Origin: an uncultured Planctomycetia bacterium
Lineage (GTDB): Bacteria > Omnitrophota > Gorgyraeia > Tantalellales > Tantalellaceae
Direction of reading: 5' to 3'
Assembly: GCA_964572255.1 (NCBI GenBank)
Contig: CAZNEE010000003.1
Coordinates: 118,539-182,538, forward strand
Length of the DNA stretch: 64,000 bases
A program made the translations under genes and the position numbers. Below are positions 50,201 through 62,200 of this stretch, in pieces (position 1 is the stretch's first letter; each line of letters opens with the position of its first letter). The notes beneath the pieces were generated by a model. The model saw only the letters and a program-made list of their open reading frames with translations. It was not told the origin of the DNA and did not search any database.

Positions 50201-53200
50201 GTTTAACCGCATAATCGATCTTGGTTATACCCAGAAGTCCTTCCAGGGCAAACTGTTCGTCAGTTGTCAGCTCATCCACTCCATCAAGTTCAGCACTGGC
50301 GGCTTTCATGATCTTGATGCTCTCTATCTTGAGATCGCCTTCCTTCTGACTGCTGGCAATAACATCTTTTATGCTGGTAAGAGTAACCCTGCCGCTCGGA
50401 AGGTATTTAGTTATACTTTCGATCTCTTCCCCTCTTCCTATTTCAGTAGCAGCGTCAAGAACCGTAAGGTCCTCGCCTTCTCCTTTTAAAGCTGTGGTAA
50501 ATATGATGGATGATTCCTGATCCTTCTGATAAAGTATCATTCTGCCCTTTAACGGTTCACCGGTTTCCTGGTCTATTTGATACACAACAGCGATGCGTCC
50601 GCCACCAGAAAGCTCTGCAGATTTACCCGGGATCTGTACGAATAGCGGTATCTGGCCTACTTTATAACCGTTTGAATCTGCCTGATAAAAAGCGCTCTTT
50701 TCTGTAATGCCGAATGCACCGAGTACCGCTTCAGCAAACTTTCCATCTCCATATGCCAGCTCTTTCTTGTTGGCAATGGATATACTTTCCTCAAGGATAT
50801 TTTCCATCTTAACCGTTTCCGTTTTGCCTTCAACTTTGGTCGTCATGGAATACTCTTCATGATGTTTACTTGAATATTCAAGCCTTAATTCAGTGAATAC
50901 TGCCTTCGCTTTGTATCCTTCGGTGAATGACCCATCTTTCTCATCAAAAAGCGCATCACATTTTGCGATCGCAAGAATGGTCGCGACAAGGCTCATCGGC
51001 CTGCCATTATCTATATTGTATTTGGCCCTTGTAGCGTTATTTGCCCGGAAAATATCCACAACATCATACCCGTTTATTTTATTTAATCTGCCGCTTATCA
51101 TCTCGCTGAAAAATTTACTGTCAACGCTCCCGTCAGCATTGAACCCTTCATCCATCGATGCCATGAGCATAAGCGTGCCGAATGTGCTTAGTTCTTCCGT
51201 ATCAAATTCACCGGTAAATTTTTCTTGCGTGAGTGAACCCGCAATGATTTTATTCATAGCCGTCTTGAATTCAGCTGCTGTCTGCGGCCCTCCTTTATCT
51301 TTATCCGCGAGAGCTTCCATCCTTGAGAGGAACTGCTTCTTGTCCCCAGAAGAAATGATCCCCATGAATATCTGAAAATTGCTGATCTCAACGACTTCTG
51401 CTTTCTCGCCCAAAGCTTCATTAACAGCATTCACGGCTCCTTGCACCTTACCGATATCATCTTTGGTAACTTTAGCGGTATCAATGCCTTTAAGGAAACC
51501 GCTCATCGCGTCTCCCTCCATTCCGGAGAGCATCATAAATACCTGGAATGTATCCGCTTCAATATTTGCGACCTTGGCACCCTGGATCACCTTGTTTACT
51601 TTTTCATCGGTAACTGTACCAAGCCTTGCATTGCTTATTGTAGTTTCGCGTAGTTCATCATCCATGCCGGCAAGGGCCATGAATATCTGGAAGCCGTTAT
51701 CCTCGAGATTCATGTCTATTCCTTTTATATTGTTGGCCCCGTTAATTACATCTTTTACATCCCTTCCGCCCACCTTATTGTTTTTCATGTTATCAAGTGT
51801 AGCCCCGCGTTTCTCCCCGTCCATTGTTGCAAGCGCCATGAATACCTGAAAAGCGCTGGTCTTTATATTCTCCTTACCGGCTTTAGCCACGACCAGATCA
51901 ACATCCTCTTTCTTAATACTGTAAGCGTTATCGACAAGATCATCACGGCCTTCTTTGCCCATGCCTGCCAACGCCATGAATACCTGGAAGTCGCCGACAT
52001 CCGTTCCCGCTCCTTTTAATCCCCAGGCAACTTTCGATACTTTCTCTTTTGTGACCTCGCCGGCTCTTATATCAGCCAGGACCTCGCCTCTCTGTTTACT
52101 GTCCATGCCGGCAAGCGCCATAAGTACCTGGAAGCCTCCGGGTGTTTTGACCCCGGCATCCGTAGCCTTACCGATCACATCATTTACGTCTTTCGCGGTA
52201 ATAAGCCCCTTCGTTATATCGTTCAACGCGCCTTCGCGCTGTTCATCACCCATGCCTGCAAGCGCCATAAAGATCCCAAAACCGTCCTTTTCAAAAGTCA
52301 TGTCAAGTTTCAGCTCTTCCCCGGCAAACTTGATCACATCGCCGATGTCCTTACTGGTTATCTTTGCGCCTAAAGCGCTGGAAAGTATATTACCCCTCGA
52401 TTCATCTCCCATGCCGGCGAGAGCCATGAATACCTGGAAGCCGTTATCTTCAAGATTCATGTCTATCTTCGCGCCTTTAGCGCCATTGATCACGGCCTTT
52501 ACCGCATCCGCAGAGCTTATTCTCTTGCCGTTTACAATAGTATCTTTACCCATGCCGGCCAAAGTCTCTGTCCTTGTTTTGTCATCCATACCTGCAAGCG
52601 AGAGAAATACCTGAAATCTGTCAGCTTTTACATTAGCTCCCTCGGCTTTGGCCATAGCAAAATCGACATTATCCTTTGTTACCTTGCCGTCTCTGGTGTT
52701 AGCCCATGTAAGGCTTCTTGTATCATCATCCATGCCGGCGATAGCCATAAGCGTCTGAAACTCATTTATTTCCACTTCCGCTCCCGCGGCCGCCTTTATA
52801 ACCGAATCATATACATACCCCACCCTTGAAGAGAAAATATTATCAATGACTTTCGTGCGCGTTTCATCATTCATGCCTGCAAGCGCCATGAATACCTGAA
52901 ATTCACCGACTTCAATATTTCTCATTTTAGCTTCGAACATCACAGTATCTATTTGTTCTCCCTTTACTTTTGCCGCGCCTGCTAATACTTGAGCTCTTCC
53001 TTTATCATCCATGCCCGCAAGCGCCATGAATGCCTGGAAACCTCCCACTTCCATGCCTATCTCTTTAGCAGCATCGACAATCTTAGAGATATCTCCTTCA
53101 AATACCTTCCCGGCTTTGATATTGCCTATCATAGTGGCTCTGGCACCGGCATCCATGCCGGCCAACGCCATGAATACCCCGAAGCCATTAACTTCAACCT

Positions 53201-56200
53201 TGGCTTTCTCGGCGCCTTTCAGCACGTCATTTACCATATCGGTCTTAACTTCGCCTCGATTAATACTATTAAGAATTTTGCTTCTTGCAGTATCATCCAT
53301 GCCCACAAGCGCCATGAAGATTCCGAACCCGTTCGCTTCCATATTCATATCAAGACCGGCTTTATTGGCACCGTTTATCACCTGGTTTATCTGCACATCG
53401 GTCACCTTGCCGGATTCTATGACACTTAACATGTCGGAACGCGCTTCCGCACTCATACCGGAAAGCGCCATGAATACCTGGAAGTCGCCAACCGTTACAC
53501 CGACCTTTTCTGCCCCGCTTATAACAGTACTTATATTTTCTTTAGTTATGCCCAATTGCCCGGTATCTGCCTTAAAAACGAAATCGAACCTTGCCTTTTC
53601 ATCCATACCTGCAAGCGCCATGAATACTCCGAAATCATCAGCAATCACTCCGACTTTAGCTGCAGCCCCTTGAATCATCTCGACATAAATGCCCATTTTT
53701 GAAGTGCCTCTTCCGATCACCTCGCCGTCTATCACTATATCCTTCGCGGGTTCTAACTTGCTGATCTTACTCAAAAGATCTCCCCTGGCTTTGTCATCCA
53801 TGCCTATTATTGCCGTAAATGCTTGGAACCCGCTGATATCCAGTTTTGCGTCGCTGGTTCCCTTGAGTATGACCCCGATATCCGCCGCGGTTACCTTGCC
53901 GGCCTTAACATTGGCCAAAGTACCCGCGCGATCTTTATCGCTCATGTTGGAGAGCCATGAAACGATCTGTATATCCGAAACACCTTCACCGGTAATTCCT
54001 TCAACGCTGTCTCTTATGGGACTGATGAACTCGCTTCCTACCACGCCGAGGTTTCCGCTGTAGAATTTGCCTTCATTTTCTCCCTTACCTATTAATACGG
54101 TTCTGGGATTATAAAGCGCATCCAGCCCCCCCATGAAAGTCCAAACAGCATTGCCCGCACTGTCGGTAAGCACTGTGGAATCCACTGCGCCTGCCTGATT
54201 GGCCAGCGTTTTAGCTAATGCCGTCTCTTCAGCGCTTAGATCATCTGCATAAGTAACTTTGGCCTGGCTTACTATCGCCCTGAAAGTGTCGCCCATGTGA
54301 TCCACTGTGGTTACCTGTCTATCAAACCCGAAATTGACCAGGTGCTTGCCTTCGCCTTCTCCGCTGTAAATATCATTGGATGCGATATCATGGATCCCTC
54401 CTGCGGGAAGTTCGCTGAATCTTGCTCTTCCGCCTACAAAATGCACAACACCTGACTGTACATTCATCTTCTTCAGCCATCCCTCAACCATCGCTTTGTC
54501 ATTGCCAAGCAAACCTTTCAGGTCTATATTGGTTTCCCGCATCAAAGTCTGCACATTAAATCCGTTGAGGGTGAGTTTGCCCATCTTATTGTTATTTATT
54601 TCAAATGCGAACTTTTTGTCTCCCACATTTAGCTCAATGGATTGCGTCGTCAAAACCTGACCTAAAGAGCTGATGCCCCAGATCTTTGTCGTGGATTTCC
54701 CGACCACTTGCCCATCTATCTTTATGTCTTGCGGAGGCGTTTCTATTGCTGCACCACCAGCCAGTTTAAGGCTTCTTCCGCCGTCCTGGACGGTGAGTTT
54801 ATATTCTGTGCCTTTGACATTAATGGCAAATTGCTGTTTTCCGCCCAATAGATTTTCTTCGGTAAAGAGGACTTCTCCGTTCACCACATTTATAGTCACA
54901 TTTATAGTCACACTTTCACCGGGAATATGACCGGGAAGTATAACTTTTATTGACGCTATTGCCGGGCCGGAATCTGTAAATACCGGAGTCGTCCTTCCGC
55001 CTTCAATACCCGAAAGGTTCTTAAAGACTACGGCGCGTCCCGTGACAGCATGACGCACTTTTGTTCCGTCCGGGAAGATCGGCGTGCCTGCTTCATCAAA
55101 ATCTACCGTCACACTATCCTGATCGACTATATAACCTCCCGCTCCAGTTCCTCTCATGAAAGTAATATTATTTCCAGTTAGTACCAGGCTGTTCCCTATG
55201 AACCAGGCATGCCCGTTTTCTCCGATAGTAACGCCGTAAAATCCGCCCGCGGCCAAGCTGACTGTCAAATTCTGGGAAAGTTTTCCTCTTGGCAGTCCTG
55301 CACCCGCAGCGCCCTCCCCGGACATATTTATTGCCTGATCGGATGGGGTATGTAACAGATCTCTATCTGAAGCTGTGATCCTTCCAATAGCCGAGCTCAT
55401 TCCATATTCATCTATTTGTATGCCCCAGATCTCCGCATCAACATTCGCAATGCCCCCGCCGGCCGCGTCAAAAGTGGTTCTGGTCTTATAAGCCGCTCTA
55501 TCCGCCACAAGCTGTGTTACATTCCCTGAAACTGTGAATTTCATGCCGTTAATAGTAACGATCGAGCCGTCTCTTAATTCATCGCCCATCTGGTCCTTAA
55601 GGCTCTTAAATACAGAGTAAAGCAGTGCTCCGGATATTGCTTCATCAAAGGTGAGCGATATATCAACAACGTCTTTTACCGCGAAACTCTCGATCTCGCC
55701 TCTTAAAGCCGTAACTGCCGCCTGGAGTGCGCTCACTTCAGCTTCCGGCATCCTCTCCACGACGCCGCCGATTAACTCCCAATCATCAAAAGCAGCTGCC
55801 AGTTCCGTAGCCGCTTCTGATACATATTTACCTTGCGCACTGTACTCAGAAATTCTGGCCGAAAACTTCGCTGCTATTTCACCAAACTCTTTATTGATGC
55901 CGATAAAAGTTTTCTGTCCGAGTTCTGTCTTGGCAAGAGCATCCATGCCGAACAGCTCAACCATATTACTCATGAAATCCAGCCTGTATTGGTCTCGGTC
56001 AAATCCGGAAATACGCTCACCGGTTTTTGCGTCAAATGTTGCCACTTGATCACCTTCGGGTTCAAAATAAGAACTTAAGAAAGCTGTTTCTATGACATTA
56101 ATGCCTTGTAATTTTTCCGATTCAAATTGAAGGCTATTAGCCTTTGCGAAATTAGCCTCAAGGTTCTGCCCGAAAGCCAAAACGGCAACGCCTATCATCT

Positions 56201-59200
56201 GCAATGCATCCGGCTGGTCTTTGAACGCATTCATGAACCCGGTTTTCTTACCGATTGACGATGAGACCAGGCCGAGCCATCCGCCCAGCATCCTGAACTT
56301 GCCGTCATCATTGAAACCGCCGACCGAGATCAAATTAAGGAATGAATCGATGAACTTGCTGTCCGCCATTATGATCTCGAGTGCGTTCCTTGCGGTAATA
56401 TTCTTAAAATCTATGTTCTTGCCGACATATTCGTAGCTGGTCTTTATCTCCAGCATGGTGAACTCATTAAGGCCAGCAGCGCCGGCTTTATTAAGCAATT
56501 TGATATGCGCGCCTGAGAGAGCCGCGAATACATCGCCTGCCCCTTTAAGGCCTCTTAAATTATCAGATAGATACATCATGGAGCCCGCGATCATTGTCGC
56601 CATATCTCCGACTTTAAACTCACCTATGTGGCCTTTGAGTTTACCAAAATCCATGTCCATCAATGCTTCGACCGCGCCTACATATTTCAGCGCCACCATC
56701 CTTGTCATCACACCTTTGGCAATAGCCAAACTGAGGCCCGCTTCGGTCTTTTGCACGGCATTCTGGAAACTCGACTCTATCATCGCCAAAAGTCCACTGG
56801 ATATCTCTTCGCCGTTGGATAAGCCGGCTAAAATGGAATTGTTTACGCTTACAAGATTGGAATTAAGACCTCGCTGCGTATCGAAATAACCTTCGAGAAC
56901 TGAAGCGAATTGATCTTTTGTAAGGCCGCTCTTTCCTGCAATCTGCAGGATATTCCAGTTATTCGCCATGAGATTGTCCATCGTAGATATAGCCTTTTCA
57001 GCAACCTTACCGGTAAAAGAATTATTATTCTTTGCCTGCAGGATAGACTGTACTACATTGTTCCCGGCATTCTTTATAATGCCTTGTGCGGTTTTGATCA
57101 ATGCGACATTCCTGGGATCAGCCCTGACAATGTCTTCGGCAACGTCACCGATCTGATTATATATACCCAAAGCTAATTCGGTATTGCCTTCAGTTGCGTT
57201 CAACGCCTGAGCGAATAACGCCTGTGATAAATATTTGCCGAGCGCGTCCGCTCTTTCCGCGCCGGTCATCTCAATAGTCCCGCCTAATAGAGCCTGAACA
57301 TCTCTTTCTGTAGACAGCAATGCATTTGTGATTAATGTTGCGACCCAGCCGCCAAGAGCATCGACCTGCTGACCAAACCACTGTGCTGCCTGTGTAGAAA
57401 CCATTTCTAACCCTTTTTCTATAAGACCGGCAAACTTCATCCCCCATTCACCAAGGTTTCTCAGAAACATCGCGGCCTTGACTTCCGTAGGCGCCGCCTT
57501 TAATCTCAATTCTGTCCTGTATTGCTCGATCGTCTGGCCCGTTCTTGCAAGATGTTCTTCAACTCTGCGCTCTGCTATCGCTTCCATGATCTTCGGAGCT
57601 GAAAGTATAGTGGCAAACGCGCCGGCAAACTTGCCTGACCATATATCAAGCATTCTCTGGAAAGCTGTCTTCTCGGAAGATTCCTTATATGCCGCTTCGT
57701 GCCACTCTTCATCCTCGCCAAGTGAAAAATCGGCAAACAGTTCATACATCCGTTTAGTAATATACCTTTCCAAGCCCACTTTTGCGGCGGCAGTAAGAAG
57801 CATCAGAAACGGCGTTGCCGCTTTAGGTGCCATCGCAGCCATTTCAGGCCGATCGGGTTCACTTAATAATTGTCTCGTCTGGTCCGCCTGTGTTACAAAT
57901 GTGGTTACAAATGTGCCCCATACCAGGCTCCAAACGGCTATCTGCTCGTCATTCAAGCCCCAATCTTCGCCAAGGGTGGAGATTATTGACGTACCGATCT
58001 TGCTTAATGCATAAGCTGTTGCCCCGACTGTGAATTGTGTCGTGCCATATACCCCGAAATACTGACCTCCGGCAGATTGTATTGCTTGCCCTCCGGAACT
58101 TGCCAGAAGTTTATCTGTTGCAGTTTCAGGTGGCTTCGGGGAGTCTCCTAGCGCAGTCTCCAAAGCCGAAAGTATTGACTGGAACCCCAGACTGAAGGCG
58201 ACCATGCCTAACGCCTCATAGAAATCCTGTGCGCTTATTCCCAGGAATCCTTCTCTATCACTCATATCCTCGGCTTCACGTAAGAGCCACCTGCCGAGAG
58301 ATATGAAGGCAAGCCCTACTATGACCCTGAAAAGAACTTTTGCTGTTGTTGAAGTTATGGTGAAAAATTTCTCGATCGCCGCTAACTTGTCGGTGAACCA
58401 GCCGCCGATCCAGGAGAGGAGTATAGAGTTAAGTATTCCCTGGTACCACAATCTGAAGGCGGTGGCGTGGTCCATGCCGAACCAGGCGGTATTTATCTCC
58501 ATCCTTACAAGCTCGACTGCGGCGGTCACCATGGCTGTCGCCCAAAGGGCTGCCAGAGCTGTTGTCGCGGCACCCGCAGTATATATAACAAGTACTACTT
58601 CTATGACTGTAAGAAGTATCTGGATGAACTGCATGAAGCCTTTTCCGGTCACCCATTCCTTCTCCCAGAGGGTCTTGATGTCTTTCCTTAAGAGCACGCC
58701 CGTTATGCCGTAGAAGAAGAACTCTCTTTCCAGGCTCTTGGATTTGGCCGTCATCTTCCGGCTTACTCTCTGCTTGGAATATGTATATACGGTCTGGCTT
58801 AATGTATCGCCGAAGGCGTTGTATTCAATGTCTGACAATACCCGCAAAGTCTTGATCTTGTCGCCAAGCGCCTTGGTAGGATTCTGGCTAATATACGAAT
58901 ATATTGAACCAAACAAACCATAAGTACTCTCCGCCAGCCCGGCATAATATTCTGCAAGTTCCGAAAGGTTGCTATATCCCCTGTTTTCCCATTTATCCAC
59001 TTTTTCATAAGTAATGCTGTATGTGGTGTACCCTTTTACGCGGCCGAACATGTCATATTGATAATCATAGGCCCATGTTATCTGACCCCATTCATCGATG
59101 GTCGTTTGTTTTTCAAGCCTTCCGAACTCATCGTACTTGCTGTATTCAATTTCGACCGTTTCTTCGGTATCGGTCTCGACTTTGCCGCTTTCCTTGACGG

Positions 59201-62200
59201 TTTCCTCTTTTGTTATGGTGGTCGTTTCCCTGATAATAGCATTACCGAAGGCATCATAAAGAATGGTCTTCGTCCTGATGGTCTCTGTTATGAACTTGAT
59301 CTCGCCGTCATCGCCTCTTTCGATGCGGGTGGATGTTATGAGGCTTTCGATCGGTCGGTTATTCTGGTCATACGCGACAACCTGGGCGATCTCTATCTCT
59401 GACGTCACGGAATCGCCTATCGTATATGAGAACCAGCTTACGGGGTTATTGCTCTCATCATATAATGTGCTCTTCTGGACAGTGGTATTTGTGCTCCTTC
59501 TGGCAAGCGGGATCTTTACATTCCCGATCTCCATGCCCAGAGGATCAAAGCCTACATCCCTTGAAACTTCTACAAAATCCTGTTTATTGCCGTTCGTATC
59601 ATAAACAATGTCCGAAACCTTGGCAATGGAAGTAAGCCCCGTTATTCCCGCCAGCTCTTCTTCCCCGGCCCACTGCTCCGTCCAAAGCATGTCTTCGCTC
59701 ATATCCGTGTAGCTCTTGATATTGCCGCTCTTATCATCGTATACAGTGCTCAACCTTTCGGTGTAAGAGCCCGTTAAGTACCTGTCATCCTCCGGTATCT
59801 GGGCTTTTACAAGATCCGGAAGATCTTCTATATTAGAAGGGGTCACGGTTATATCTTTGTTCACGGTGATGTTAGTCTGCTTATAACCTATATTGTGATC
59901 GGATGAATCATATGCCATGTCCTCCATTATAAGGACATCTTTTGTGGGCACCCATTCATAATAATAAGACGAGCTGCTGCCTTCCGCGGATTTGATGCGT
60001 CTGATATATTCACTATGAGGTCCATCGGGACCACCATAAAATACCAGGTCACCCTGCTGTTGATATCCCTGAACTCTTGACATGACATCGTAAGAGACAT
60101 TAATGCGTTCTTCCTGAGCATAGCGGATCATTTCATTGTTCGCATCAATACCGGGCAGGTTCTCGGGATAATCATCATCTCCAAAATCCAGCCCGATCCA
60201 TCCGTCCTCATGCCTCACAGTGGTATGAGCATCCGCCCACTGGGATTCCTTCTCATCTTTAGTGTAAGTTTCCCACCCTGTCATCCTTCCAAATTCGTCA
60301 AACACAACATCTCTTTGTATGTATGTCTCCTGCCGCCAGGTCGGATATTCAACCAGCCACTCGCTGCCTCCATGCAGGTTAACGGCATTGTCATTTAAAT
60401 GATGTTCATTTACCGCATTGCTATAGGTAAGCGGTCCGATCGTATCTTCGGCCCAGAAAAGAAGCGCAGGCTGAAATCCATCAGTAACAGGATCAATATC
60501 AGCGATGAATTTGTTTTCGTAGAAATGTCCGAACTTGGTCGTGATCTTCCGGAAACTGGCCCACTCATTAAGAGAATCGTATTCTATATCGCTGTGGTTA
60601 GGTGTGATGCCAAGAATACCGCCAACCGTAGTAACAGTTATGAAATCATCATACCGCTCGACCCGATCCCTGGTCGGACTGTACCTTTCAAGATCTTTTG
60701 TCTCCGTAACGGTGTAGCCAGCAAGCCTGCCAAGATCGTCTACCCTGCCGTCCTGTTCGCTGGTCACTGTAACGTATTCACGATCATTGCCCGTAAGCAT
60801 CATATCCATAAGGCCGATAGTTGTGACAAAGTTCCCGTTTTTATAGCTGTATGAAGACATGTCCACCATCTGGCCGAGGCTGTCGTACACCAAGCCTTCC
60901 AGTCTAGTGTATTCTTCATTGAGTATACCGGTAATGATCGCCATCCTAAGGCCGATATCAAATCCCGGCAGTGTTATATCATCGGAGCTTCCCTGACGCG
61001 TTAATGTGCCGTTTGTCATTAAATTACCGAAGGAATCGTAAGAGGCCATGCGTGAATATTGTGTTTGCAAGTCAGTTAATGGTGCAATAATATCAATATC
61101 GTCAAGCGGAGGAGGAAGGGGCAAAGTGATAATATAAGTTAAATTTTCCTTCTTTGTTACGTCTGTTCTTAAAGCCCGGCCTGAAGGTGCGATAACATTT
61201 GTCTGTTGTAAATATGTACCTCCATAATTCATCGGCACGCCTTGTGAATCTTGACGGGAATGATCTGAATCTATTCCCCTCTTCCACTGATCTAAAGTAA
61301 CAGTTTTAAATCCGCTGTCATTTTCAATTACACTATAAAACTGTACATCAATAACGCTGGCATCCCATATCCCATTATATAAATGGGTGCCGTAAGCATA
61401 AGCGCCGGACTCAAACCATTGTTTTAAACGCTCCAGCTCGGCATCATCGGTCAGATCATATTCTGTAAGAAGATAATAATCTAACGGCCTGTTTGTCTCC
61501 ATTTGGAAGATCTTCTGGCCGTTTTCGTCATAAACAATATAGCTGCTGTAATTTTCGCCCCTTACCGGAATATCCACTATGACCAAGGTCTTTGTAGGAT
61601 CAGCTTGCGCGCCGGACCATTTTTGTATATTTGCAAGGGAAGACAAATTAACGCTTCCGTCAAAGTTAGTTTCACACACTCCTGTAACAATATCAGTTGT
61701 ATCGCTGACCTCAACATTGTAATTAACGTAGCCGGAGTTCTCCGTAAGTGTATTTGTCGTGCTTTCCCAGTTTCTTTGGGCCGTGCCCGCAAGAGCGGTA
61801 TCCACCAGCTGGCTTGCTATTTCGGCATTGGTAAATACCCCTGAACTTGCAATGATCACGGGGTCGCCTGTACGAAGGTCGGTAAGCTCCCCCCTGGCGC
61901 CGGTCTGCCTTATCGATATGGAACGGACATCGCCGAAAGAGTCGATGCGCTGGAGCATCATGGCAGATCGATCATCGTAGCCTATATGCGAAAGACTTAT
62001 CTCCTTATCATAAAAATATTCATCTGTCGTATTGGCCTGATCCGTGAATACATCGTGCAGGACCCCGTCACCGGAAGAGTTCTGATAAACGATGCCGCCT
62101 TTATTATTAACCGTTACAGGATTCCAGATGTTCCCCGAGGGTTCAAAAGTCTTATCGGCATATACCACATGTGATGTCTCTCCATTAGGAAGTTCAATAG

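Noticed and set aside
51100-53930. The regularly spaced ~150-bp repeats with a conserved ~30-nt core looked superficially like a CRISPR array.
   Set aside because: The units are in-frame coding repeats of a continuous 28.7-kb ORF. The period is ~150 bp, not ~60-75 bp. The inter-core segments are homologous to each other and not unique spacers. There are no cas genes.
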